From contig CAWIGG010000003.1 of the NCBI GenBank assembly GCA_963835575.1, positions 268,480 through 332,479 on the forward strand: a stretch of 64,000 bases of DNA, written 5' to 3'. The position numbers were made by a program, and so were the translations under genes. The notes below the pieces were generated by a model. The model saw only the letters and a program-made list of their open reading frames with translations. It did not search any database and was not told the DNA's origin. Positions 19,344 to 29,274 of this stretch are shown piece by piece (positions within the stretch are counted from its first letter, which is position 1; every line of letters starts with the position of its first letter). Source of the stretch: an uncultured Spirochaetota bacterium. GTDB lineage: Bacteria; Spirochaetota; Brevinematia; Brevinematales; JAOACQ01.

Positions 19344-20555
19344 ATGAGCCAATCCATAAGTAAAGATTCTAAATTCATGCTGAGTAAAGTTCCAGAAGTA
19401 ACGATTTATTTCTGGATCATCAAAGTATTATGCACAACTGTTGGCGAGACTTTCTCTGATTTTCTGAACATTAATCTTGGTCTCGGTCTGACTTATACCT
19501 CAATTATTATGGGAGCCTTATTTCTAACGGTGATCATCTTCCAGTTTAAAGCGAAGAAATATATACCTGGCCTTTACTGGCTGACTGTCGTTATGATCAG
19601 CATCTTTGGTACCCTAGTGACGGACAATCTGTCAGATAAAATGGGCATCCCTCTGGAAGTAAGCACTGCTGTATTCAGCATTGCCCTCGCGGCGACCTTT
19701 GCCATATGGTTCGTTTTGGAAAGAACACTCTCCATCCACTCTATTCTTACCAGAAGAAGGGAAGCATTTTACTGGCTGGCTATTCTCTTTACGTTCGCCC
19801 TGGGAACGGCATCGGGAGATTTAATGGCTGAGAGCCTGGGTTTAGGCTACCTCACAACAGGTATCATCGTTTTTGCAGTAATTGCTTCAGTAATAGTTGT
19901 CTGGAAATTCGGTCTTGATTCTGTACTTTCATTCTGGATTGCCTATATTATGACTCGCCCGTTGGGAGCTTCTTTAGGAGATTTTCTATCACAGAATAAG
20001 ACAAATGGTGGACTGGGGATGGGAGCAACAACTACCAGTATTATTTTCCTTTCGGCAATTCTTCTAACAGTTCTGTTCCTTTCTATCACACGGCGCGATA
20101 TGATAAAAAAAACAGTAACTCAAGATGTAACCAAGTCAAAAGGACTGGCGGTTTCCTGGCAAGTAGCACTAACTTTAACTGTGCTAGTGATCGCTGCCGG
20201 ATCTGGCTATATTTGGCGCCATACTACAATTCAGAAAGAATCTGTGGTTTCTGCTTCACCTGTCTTACCTTTAGGGGATCTGTCCGTTTTCCGAAAAATT
20301 ACAGAAGATACACTGGGCCTAGTACAAGCAGGTAATATAGCTGCCGCTAAGACCCGTGTCAACGATTTGGAGTCTGCCTGGGATAATGCAGAGGCTCGAC
20401 TGAGACCGATGAACCCGACAAAATGGAAATTGGTTGATAAATCTATAGATAATGTTTTAAGGCAATTACGGGCTGTTCATCAAGATGTTGATTCCTGTCA
20501 AAAGTCACTGGAATCACTGGTTTCCACACTCAATACCCTAGATAAAAGGAAGTGA
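19344..20555 (+). CDS. COG4705/DUF347-family membrane protein with C-terminal helical domain
   Basis: KVPEVTIYFWIIKVLCTTVGET, FTFALGTASGD, TRPLGASLGD. Confidence 0.85.
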   Translation: MSQSISKDSKFMLSKVPEVTIYFWIIKVLCTTVGETFSDFLNINLGLGLTYTSIIMGALFLTVIIFQFKAKKYIPGLYWLTVVMISIFGTLVTDNLSDKMGIPLEVSTAVFSIALAATFAIWFVLERTLSIHSILTRRREAFYWLAILFTFALGTASGDLMAESLGLGYLTTGIIVFAVIASVIVVWKFGLDSVLSFWIAYIMTRPLGASLGDFLSQNKTNGGLGMGATTTSIIFLSAILLTVLFLSITRRDMIKKTVTQDVTKSKGLAVSWQVALTLTVLVIAAGSGYIWRHTTIQKESVVSASPVLPLGDLSVFRKITEDTLGLVQAGNIAAAKTRVNDLESAWDNAEARLRPMNPTKWKLVDKSIDNVLRQLRAVHQDVDSCQKSLESLVSTLNTLDKRK

Positions 20556-20627
20556 AATTACAGCAAATTTAAAAATGATATTTTTCATTTAGTTCCATTT
20601 TGATATCAATATTTAAGGGGTTTTTCT

Positions 20628-21488
20628 ATGTCGTTAATCTTGCAAGCTATCGTTCTTGGCCTGGTCCAGGGTTTGTCTGAATTTATTCCGATTTCCAGTT
20701 CTGCACATCTGATCATTATTCCCTGGCTATTCCACTGGAATGATCCAATAATATCCAGCCTGACCTTTGATGTGGCTTTACATCTGGGTACATTAGTTGC
20801 ATTAATTATATTCTTTGCTTCTGATTGGTTGAAACTGATACAAGCTTGGATAGCCAGTATTATTGAACATAAAATCGGCAATGATATTAACCGTAAGATG
20901 GCGTGGCTAATCATAATCGGAAGTATACCAGGTGCTTTTGCAGGGTTTATAATGGAAAGCAGAATTGAAAAATACTTTCATTCCGATCCTATTGGATTTG
21001 TTCCTATGATAGCAATGGGGGTGATGATTGCGTTTATGGGCTGCATGCTTTTCCTGGCAGACAAATTGGCAAGTCATTCACGAAAGTTGGATAAACTATC
21101 ATTGAAAGATTCAATCCTTATCGGGCTTGCTCAGGCTATGGCAATTTTCCCGGGTGTTTCCCGTTCCGGCAGTACAATTACAGCTGGTCTTGCTCTTGGT
21201 CTGGAAAGGGAAACTGCTGCTCGCTTTTCATTTCTTTTGTCAGCACCGATTATCGCAGGAAGCGGTCTATTTAGTCTTTTTAAAATATACAAGGGATTTC
21301 ATTCAGGTGCCATCACTCACACAGAAATCATGCTGTTTCCAATCGGATTGATAGCAGCGGCTGTCAGTGGTTATTTCTGCATTAAAGTCCTATTAAATTT
21401 CTTAAAAAGAAATTCATTGTCTGTATTTGTTTATTATCGCTGGGCTTTGGCAATCCTTGTGATCGTGGTCGCATTTATACGTAAATAA
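20628..21488 (+). CDS. uppP: Undecaprenyl-diphosphate phosphatase
   Basis: LGLVQGLSEFIPISSSAH, PGVSRSGST, ARFSFLLS. Confidence 0.95.
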   Translation: MSLILQAIVLGLVQGLSEFIPISSSAHLIIIPWLFHWNDPIISSLTFDVALHLGTLVALIIFFASDWLKLIQAWIASIIEHKIGNDINRKMAWLIIIGSIPGAFAGFIMESRIEKYFHSDPIGFVPMIAMGVMIAFMGCMLFLADKLASHSRKLDKLSLKDSILIGLAQAMAIFPGVSRSGSTITAGLALGLERETAARFSFLLSAPIIAGSGLFSLFKIYKGFHSGAITHTEIMLFPIGLIAAAVSGYFCIKVLLNFLKRNSLSVFVYYRWALAILVIVVAFIRK

Positions 21489-21855
21489 CGTTAAATAATT
21501 GAATAGGAAAGGAATAATAAATTATGCCAATCATAAGTTTTCTTTTTGCTTTGACTTTAAATACATCTATGGATACCAATTTAACTCTGAATGATTGTTT
21601 TCTGAAAGCAATACAAAGAAGTTATATTTTAGCGAACCAGGGAGAAACCCTAAAACAGGCTGAAGAGCAATATACACAAGCATGGCAGAATTTCATGCCA
21701 GTCCTATCTATGAGCGGTAGTGGCTATCTTTCGTCCTCTCAAGTTCTACCCAATAATAGTTCACTTGATATGAAAGTGTCACAGCCTCTATTCCGCGGTT
21801 TTAAAAGCATAGCAATACTTGAGCAATCAAAATTGCTGATTAAAGCGCAAAAAGA

Positions 21856-23251
21856 GAGTTTTTGTCAAATGTTGTGTATGACATACCCTCTCATTTTTTT
21901 ATGCTGCCTTTTTTACAAGCTCTCCGTTCTCAAAAACAGCGCCTTCCAATACAAGGCTAATCTTTTCATAACCTCTTAATTTTCTCCATCGCCTGGATGC
22001 CTTATCCAGTAATTTATAGACCATTATTAGAATCGTTTCCCTGGTTCCGCAGCCTCTCATCTTTTTAGTTCTTAATCGAACTGTAGAGAAGGTAGATTCT
22101 ATTACGTTTGTCGTACGGATATGTACCCAATGTTCCGCCGGACAGTTATAAAATTCGATCATAAGCTCCCAATCCTTTTCTAAACATTCGACAGCTGCTG
22201 GATATTTAGGATTAAAAACCGCCTGGAATAATTCAAAAGCTTTGATAGCATTATCCTTATCAGGAGCATTGCATATCTCATGAAGCATCTCTTTTGCCTT
22301 TGACTGTAATACTTTGGGCAGCTTGTTTAGAATGTTCTTTATCTTATGAACCCAGCATCTCTGCCATCTGGATTCAGGATATACTTCTTTGGCTGCTTTC
22401 CAGAATCCAAGGCTTCCGTCTCCGATAAAAAGAATAGGACCTTTCAAACCTTTTTCTTTTAGGTTTCTTAATATCCCTAACCAAGTCTCGGAATTCTCTC
22501 TGTAACCTTCTTCAACAAGAATAATCTCCTTTTCACCATTCTCATTGGCTCCGATCATTACAAGAGTGCATAAACGGTCTTCGCTGCCCTGTACATTGAA
22601 GTAAATGCCGTCAACCCATATATAGCAATACTTTTTATCGCTTAAATCGGATGTCCGCCACTCATCATATTCTTTACCCCATCCTTGTTTCATTCTGCTT
22701 ATACTTGAGGCTGATAATCCTTTCGCTTCTTCACCAAGCAATCCTCTCAAGGCATTCTCCATATCCATCTCTGAGACTCCATAGAGATACAACAATGGAA
22801 TGGCTTCCTCAATTCTCAGGCTTTTTCTCATATACGGCGGTACTATTAGGCTTTGAAAATTGTCGCCTCCGAGTCGGTTCCTTGTTCTCGGAATACATAC
22901 ATCAATAGCCCCTCCACCAATGAGAATCTGACGGGCTTTATGATACCCATTTCTTACTATTGCCTTTCTCCCGTCTTCGATAGTTAAATGCTCTCTCTCC
23001 TGAAGAAACCCATTAATTTCATCTTCCAGAGCCTTCTTGATTATTTCCCTGGCCCCGATCCTTGCCAATTCTTCAAGACATAAAAATTCTACTGTTTCAT
23101 CTTGATTAAAAGCCTGTAAGAGCTTAAAATCTTCGTTGTGCTTCGGCATATGGCGTATTCCTCCTTTTGTTTATTGTCGTAAATAAATTATAGAGGGTAC
23201 GCCATCTTTTTTATAATATTTATTCCTATACACAACTTTCTATTATAACTC
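21856..23251 (-). mobile_element. IS256-family element, complete (1396 bp)
   Basis: IRs GAGTTTTTGTCAAATGTTGTGTAT / GAGTTATAATAGAAAGTTGTGTAT; 8-bp TSD CAAAAAGA at 21848-21855 and 23252-23259. Confidence 0.95.
21899..23149 (-). CDS. IS256-family transposase
   Basis: RNGY, WVDGIY, IGDGSLG, QRCWVHK, IRTTNVIES. Confidence 0.95.
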   Translation of the reverse strand: MPKHNEDFKLLQAFNQDETVEFLCLEELARIGAREIIKKALEDEINGFLQEREHLTIEDGRKAIVRNGYHKARQILIGGGAIDVCIPRTRNRLGGDNFQSLIVPPYMRKSLRIEEAIPLLYLYGVSEMDMENALRGLLGEEAKGLSASSISRMKQGWGKEYDEWRTSDLSDKKYCYIWVDGIYFNVQGSEDRLCTLVMIGANENGEKEIILVEEGYRENSETWLGILRNLKEKGLKGPILFIGDGSLGFWKAAKEVYPESRWQRCWVHKIKNILNKLPKVLQSKAKEMLHEICNAPDKDNAIKAFELFQAVFNPKYPAAVECLEKDWELMIEFYNCPAEHWVHIRTTNVIESTFSTVRLRTKKMRGCGTRETILIMVYKLLDKASRRWRKLRGYEKISLVLEGAVFENGELVKKAA

Positions 23252-24162
23252 CAAAAAGATTCGTGGATATGGGCTTATGACCAGTTGTACCTGGATTCAG
23301 CCATTGCATTTTATAACCTTATCAGTATCCAAAAACAACTCGAGCATATCCGGAGCCAAGTCAGTCTTTACAATGACAGAACAAAAGAAATCGAAGCTTG
23401 GGTACGGATCGGGAGGAGTCGTCCTAGCGATTTGTCCAGTGTGAAAGCCGCCCGTGTACTTTCCTACTCACAACAGTTACAGATGGAAGGGCAACTTTCC
23501 AATGCCTTTGAATTATTTCAATTCTTGACCGGCATAACAAATTTATCAACCCTATCTCCCGAAACAAACTTACCGGACAGATTACCTGAATCAAGCGAAT
23601 TCCTTAAATCTTTGGAGGAACGCCCTGACTTAAAAGCAGCTAAATCACAAAGCTTTAGTGTAAAAAAAGCTATTGATATAGCAAAGAGTGATCGGTTACC
23701 TTGGGCCGATTTGGTAGTATCAACAGGGAATCCACAAGTGATAAGCAGCACACCCTGGAACTGGAATGTTCAGTTAGTCCTGACTTACAGTCTTTTTGCA
23801 GACACCTTTGTTCAATCTAAAATAAACCAGGCCGAATCATTAAGCAGACAGTCTGATAATGTTTATCAGTATATGTATGAAAGTATCCAAAGGGATGTTC
23901 GTATTTCCTATTCATCCTTATTATCTGATTTAGACCAAATCAAGACCTATCAGGAAGCCCTTAATTATCTTAAAGATAATTATCAGCTGATGGAAAAAGA
24001 TTACAGGCTTGGTGCCGTAAAGATTACAGATGTTTTAACTGCTTATAGCACTTATGAAGATTCCGTCCGTGTTCTGGATTCCCTTATATATACAGCACAA
24101 ATCGAATGGCTGCGTCTACAAATTTTTTCCGGCGAGTTTCAGCTTCCGGTGGAGGTTAAATT

Positions 24163-27100
24163 ATGATATTACCTGAATTATCAATAAAACGTCCACTATT
24201 TGCTTGGATGTTGATGACTGGACTTATTGTATTGGGTGCAATTTCATTTTTGCGAATGGGTATAAGTCAGCTTCCGGATGTGGATTTTCCAGTTGTTTCA
24301 GTCAATATCCGGTTGGAGGGCGCTGCTCCTGATGTTATTGAAACTGAGATAATCGATACTGTTGAAGATGCGGTGATGAGTATTCAAGGTGTCCGTTATG
24401 TGACCTCAGAATCAGAAAATAGTGAAGGGACAGTTACAATTGAATTTGATTTGAGCCGAAATATCGATCTGGCGGTCCAGGATGTCCAGGCAAAGGTAGC
24501 GGAAGTTTTGAAGAGACTTCCTAAGGATGCCAAACCTCCAACCATTTCAAAAGTTAACCCTGAGGATCAGCCAATACTGCTGTTGACATTGGATAGTGAT
24601 AAATATTCACCCCGGTATCTCATGGAATTTGTAAATGACCGATTAAAAAACCAGTTTTCAATGGTAGATGGTGTTGGCGATATTACACTTACCGGATATG
24701 TTGATCCTAACCTGCGTGTCTGGCTCTCTTCGAAAAATCTAAATAAGTATGATCTAACTGTTTCAGATATTGTCGATACCATTCAAAGAGGGAATTCGGA
24801 GATGCCCGCTGGAATTTTAAATAACAATAATAAACAGCTTTTTGTACGGACAATGGGAGAATCAACCTCTGTTTTCCAATATGAAAATCTCAAAATCGTA
24901 CATCGGAATGGGCAACCGAATTATTCATTACTTTCACTCAGTAATGTGGCTAGAGTTGAAGAAGGTATGGCAGATATTACTAGAATAAGTCGAGCTAACG
25001 GTATTACTGGTGTTGGACTCAGTATTAGAAAACAACGTGGTGCAAATGCCGTTAATACAGCTAAAGCCATTCGTGCTAAGATAGATGAAATTCGGAAGAC
25101 TCTCCCTGATGGGATGCATCTGGCTGTAAATTTTGATAGTACAACATATATAGAAAACTCAGTCAAAGAATTGTATTTTGTGCTCATATTATCTATTTTA
25201 CTGACAGCTTTCGTTTGCTGGATCTTCCTGGGTTCATGGTCTACAACATTGAATGTGCTTCTATCTATGCCGACTTCAGTAATTGGGACCTTCATTGTTC
25301 TTTATTTTTCAGGGTTTACTCTAAATATTTTTACTTTGATGGGGTTAAGCCTTTCAGTTGGAATAGTGGTTGATGATTCAATTATAGTACTTGAAAACAT
25401 AATAAGACACCAGGAAAAGGGTAAAAACCGTCTAACAGCAGCAATGGAAGGTTCCAGAGAGATAAGTTTTGCTGCAATTGCAGCAACCATCTCAATTGTA
25501 GCTATATTTCTTCCTACAGCATTTATGAGCGGTGTTATTGGAAAGTACTTTTTCCAGTTTGGTGTAACTATAACAGTGGCTGTATTACTTTCACTGGTAA
25601 CTGCTTTGACCCTAACTCCAATGTTCTGTTCCCGGTATGTTGGAACGGTAGAAAGGAAGACAACAACAGGAAAGTTAATTGATATGCTACTTGCCGGATT
25701 AACTAAAATGTACAGTAAAACCTTATCTTGGGTATTAGATCACCGCTTAGTTGTTATCATTTCAGCATTTGCATTTTTTGGTCTGAGCTTCCTGACTTTA
25801 AGGTTTATCAATAAAGAATTCATTCCACCTGAAGACCAGAGCCGCTTCAATATACGCATGACAACACCAATCGGATCGTCGCTTAGTTATTCTGATTCCA
25901 GGTTTTCAGAAGTTGAAAAATTCCTGGCAGGCCGAAAAGAAATTGACCGTTATGTACTGCAGGTGGGCGGTGGTTCTCCGGGCGATGCTAATGGTGGATC
26001 AATACTGGTGACAATGAAAGATCGTGGTCATCGAGGTATCGACCCTGTGGCAAAGCATGAACTTAGTCAACAGGAATTTATGGCGGTCTGCCGAAATCAA
26101 ATCAATAAGCTTCATGATGTTCATGCTGTTATTCAAGACCTTTCTATGAAGAATTTTGTTGCTTCACGGGGTTTTCCAATTGAATTTACGGTACAGGGTC
26201 CTGATTGGGATGGACTTGCTAATTATTCGAAACAAATAATGGACCGATTGGACAAAACAGGCCTTGTTAGTGATCTTGACTCGGATTATCAAGAAGGTGC
26301 ACCTGAAATTCATATTATTCCAGACAGGAATAAAGCGGTAGAATATAGTGTCAATATAGCTGATATTGATCAGACAGTAAATGCTATGATAGGAGGTGTC
26401 ATTGTCGGAACCTATCCAAAGGGTGGGCACCGCTATGATATTAATGTTAAACTTGAAGATTCCAAACAAACACCTGAAGAGAAAATCAAAAACCTTAATG
26501 TTTGGAATGATCATGGGGAACGGATACCTCTACTTAAACTGGTCACAATTGAGGAAACTATCACAAAGGTCAGGATCAACCGCTATAATCGAGAACGTGC
26601 AATAACAATTTATGCCAATATAAAAGAAGGAAAGTTTCAGCAGAAAGCATTACAGGAAGTTAATGATATATCCAGGAGTATTCTACCTGTCGGTTATTAT
26701 ATCAGTATGAGCGGTAGCTCAAAGACATTTGATGAATCTTATCAAAGTCTTTTATTTGCTTTGATTCTTGGAATCTTTATTGCCTATATGGTTCTTGCCG
26801 TACAGTTTAACAGCTTTATTGACCCTGTTACAATATTAATGGCACTCCCGTTCAGTGCTTCAGGAGCACTTTTAGCTTTGTTCATTACCGGTCGTTCTAT
26901 AAATATTTATAGTATGATCGGTTTTATTCTCCTTATGGGAATAGTAAAGAAAAACTCGATTCTACTGATAGATTTCACAAAACGTGTTCGAGCTGAAGGA
27001 AAAAAATCTTTAAAGGATGCTTTATTAGAAGCTTGCCCGATCAGATTACGACCGATTTTGATGACCTCGTTAGCAACAATAGCCGGTGCTGTTCCACCAG

Positions 27101-27279
27101 CATTATCCATTGGCCCATCGGCAGCAAGCCGCATGCCGATGGCTATTGCACTGATCGGCGGAGTGATCGTTTCTACATTATTGACCATTTTTGTAGTTCC
27201 TTGTGTTTATAGCGTATTGAGCCGGTTTGAACATCATGAAGTAGAGGCAAAAAAGGTATGGAAATCAGAAGAGAATTAG
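24163..27279 (+). CDS. RND efflux permease (AcrB/MdtC-like)
   Basis: SIKRPLFA, GIVVDDSIIVLENI, GIVKKNSILLIDF, RLRPILMTS. Confidence 0.95.
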   Translation: MILPELSIKRPLFAWMLMTGLIVLGAISFLRMGISQLPDVDFPVVSVNIRLEGAAPDVIETEIIDTVEDAVMSIQGVRYVTSESENSEGTVTIEFDLSRNIDLAVQDVQAKVAEVLKRLPKDAKPPTISKVNPEDQPILLLTLDSDKYSPRYLMEFVNDRLKNQFSMVDGVGDITLTGYVDPNLRVWLSSKNLNKYDLTVSDIVDTIQRGNSEMPAGILNNNNKQLFVRTMGESTSVFQYENLKIVHRNGQPNYSLLSLSNVARVEEGMADITRISRANGITGVGLSIRKQRGANAVNTAKAIRAKIDEIRKTLPDGMHLAVNFDSTTYIENSVKELYFVLILSILLTAFVCWIFLGSWSTTLNVLLSMPTSVIGTFIVLYFSGFTLNIFTLMGLSLSVGIVVDDSIIVLENIIRHQEKGKNRLTAAMEGSREISFAAIAATISIVAIFLPTAFMSGVIGKYFFQFGVTITVAVLLSLVTALTLTPMFCSRYVGTVERKTTTGKLIDMLLAGLTKMYSKTLSWVLDHRLVVIISAFAFFGLSFLTLRFINKEFIPPEDQSRFNIRMTTPIGSSLSYSDSRFSEVEKFLAGRKEIDRYVLQVGGGSPGDANGGSILVTMKDRGHRGIDPVAKHELSQQEFMAVCRNQINKLHDVHAVIQDLSMKNFVASRGFPIEFTVQGPDWDGLANYSKQIMDRLDKTGLVSDLDSDYQEGAPEIHIIPDRNKAVEYSVNIADIDQTVNAMIGGVIVGTYPKGGHRYDINVKLEDSKQTPEEKIKNLNVWNDHGERIPLLKLVTIEETITKVRINRYNRERAITIYANIKEGKFQQKALQEVNDISRSILPVGYYISMSGSSKTFDESYQSLLFALILGIFIAYMVLAVQFNSFIDPVTILMALPFSASGALLALFITGRSINIYSMIGFILLMGIVKKNSILLIDFTKRVRAEGKKSLKDALLEACPIRLRPILMTSLATIAGAVPPALSIGPSAASRMPMAIALIGGVIVSTLLTIFVVPCVYSVLSRFEHHEVEAKKVWKSEEN

Positions 27280-27342
27280 TATAGATATTTATTTTGTATT
27301 GTAAAATAAAGTAATATCTTATGTCTATAAGGAGGCATTTCT

Positions 27343-27816
27343 ATGGAAAGAAGAACAAACAAGTTCGTTATGGCCAGTATGGTATTAGTTGCTGTCTTCT
27401 GTATATCTTTATTTTCCTATGCTGAAGAAGGGAAGAAAGATATGCATGAAAAAGACAGAATTGTAAAGATGAAGGAAAAGTTGGGGTTGAGTGATGATCA
27501 GGTAACTAAAATCAAAGCTGTGTTTGCTGATTCAAAAAAGAACATTGAACCTCTAAAAAAGCAGTATGAAGCAGATCTGAAGTCCCTTAAGGACAAAGTT
27601 AAAGCAGGAGTTGCTGACAGTGAGCTTAAAATTTTACTTGACGCATTGCAGGCAGATGATCAAAAGATGATGGATGCTAGGAAGAATATTATGGAGCAAA
27701 TGAAGGCTATATTGACACCTTTACAACAGGCAAAAGATATCATCGGAGAGAGATCGGAAAAAGAAAAGGATAAGGGTGATAAGAAAGAAAAAGAGGAAGA
27801 AGAAGATAATGACTAA
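27343..27816 (+). CDS. Spy/CpxP-like periplasmic protein
   Basis: Signal peptide; LGLSDDQ and ILTPLQQ (LTxxQ-like) motifs. Confidence 0.7.
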   Translation: MERRTNKFVMASMVLVAVFCISLFSYAEEGKKDMHEKDRIVKMKEKLGLSDDQVTKIKAVFADSKKNIEPLKKQYEADLKSLKDKVKAGVADSELKILLDALQADDQKMMDARKNIMEQMKAILTPLQQAKDIIGERSEKEKDKGDKKEKEEEEDND

Positions 27817-27840
27817 TTCAACTTTGTAATAATGTTGATG

Positions 27841-27876
27841 TAAGTCTCAAGGCTGTTTCAACAGTCTTGAGACTTA
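27841..27876 (+). terminator. Hairpin terminator
   Basis: TAAGTCTCAAGGCTG...CAGTCTTGAGACTTA. Confidence 0.7.
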
Positions 27877-28839
27877 CTATATGTTTTTTATAAAACATTA
27901 TATGAATTTATCTTCAACTAGTTTACCTAGATATCTTAGAATCGATACCGAAATGAAAAATTACTCTTATCTGTTCGAAATGTTAAATTCGACTGACGAA
28001 AAAGCATTTCTGGAAATCGGTTTTGCTGATACTGTTAACGATGTCTGGATAAATAATATATGGGTGGAAAAGATTGATTGATATTTGTTGAAAGATAAAA
28101 AAGTTAGAAAAACAATTAGCTGTTAACGGACAAATAATTTATTCCCTGACAAAAAAAGTTGTTTACAGGACAAAATAAAAAAAACATAATTCACTGTATA
28201 TCAAAAAATGAAGCCCTCTATCTGATTTTATAAGTATCAAAGCAAGAAAATATCAGAGAGGGGACTTCTTGGCGCTTATTAAAAAATAAATTATAAATTA
28301 GTATTGACATATTTTATTTATGTGATACACTTGGTAAGCAAATCAGGAATATTTCCATAAATAATCAGTAACAATTCATTCTTAGCGGTTAATTTGAGCT
28401 TTAAATCCGGCTTAGGATCTTTTCAATAGTAGTTTTGCTAATTTTATAGATGTACGTATTTTTTACTTAGAAAACAATTAAAGGGGGTTCGATTATGAAA
28501 ATGGATTTTTCGAAGAAAGAACCTGAATTTAAGAGTTTCCAAACAAATACTGGGTTTGAATGTGAAAAAAAGTTATCCAGAACCAAAAAGGATAATTTAA
28601 CCGAAGAAAAGCATTTTTTCCTTCAAGAAACCCACATTAGTGACAATTAGTTTCCAACAACACTTATCTGAATGAAATTAAATTATTCTTTCAAATAACT
28701 AGTTTAATATTCTACTATAATAAACCAAGACATAACTTACGTGAGGTTTTTGAATTTTCCGGCGTTTCAATGAAAATAATATTAAGGGAAAAAGAAAAGG
28801 GGAAAAAACAAATAGTTTATATTAATAAGGAGGACGATT

Positions 28840-29052
28840 ATGGCGGTAAAAAAAGAGAATACGGCTGCAATTATGAAAAATACGGCCGGTAAAAAAAGCC
28901 CGGCAAAGTCTGATCTAAGCAAGTTTTTAAGCGAAGTTCAGCAAAAGGCTTATGAAATTTATATTGCAAGGCAGAAGACAGGGCAATCCGGCAATGAGAT
29001 GTCGGACTGGCTAAAAGCCGAGAAAGAGATTAAAAGCAGGTATAAAATTTAA
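28840..29052 (+). CDS. DUF2934-like small protein
   Basis: VQQKAYEIY..R...G..G....DWLKAEKEI; strong RBS AAGGAGG. Confidence 0.75.
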   Translation: MAVKKENTAAIMKNTAGKKSPAKSDLSKFLSEVQQKAYEIYIARQKTGQSGNEMSDWLKAEKEIKSRYKI

Positions 29053-29077
29053 TTTTGGTCCTTCGAAATGATCCATA

Positions 29078-29210
29078 GGGGTCACCGCAGAAAACAGAAT
29101 TTTAAGTACGTTAAAGATTTTTTCCCCTTACCTGATAAAGAAATACTGAATCTGATAAAATCAAAACTTTGGATTATTATCAGAAATTGATGATATTTTT
29201 AACAATATTA
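29078..29210 (+). mobile_element. Tn3-family IR plus adjacent res-like region
   Basis: GGGGTCACCGCAGAAAACAGAATTTTAAGTACGTTAAAG; the following ~90 bp is reverse-complement homologous to ~8060-8136 inside the 7984-8186 element. Confidence 0.75.
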
Positions 29211-29274
29211 TTTATAGGAATCCCGTTCTTTGATTGGCAATTTTATTGCAAAGAGAAAAAGCAAGTTGCGTAAT

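Larger units (their letters stand above)
21524..24166 (+). pseudogene. TolC-family outer-membrane efflux protein interrupted by IS256
   Basis: Removing the IS and one TSD copy restores the frame ...KAQKDSWIWAYDQLYLDS... Confidence 0.85.

Noticed and set aside
27881..28081. Carbohydrate-binding-module-like fragment
   Set aside because: Too short, no RBS, only weak resemblance
28670..28800. Possible remnant of the GTPase Der C-terminus (NLREVFEFSGVSMKIILREK)
   Set aside because: About 20 aa of resemblance in a broken frame; insufficient without an alignment
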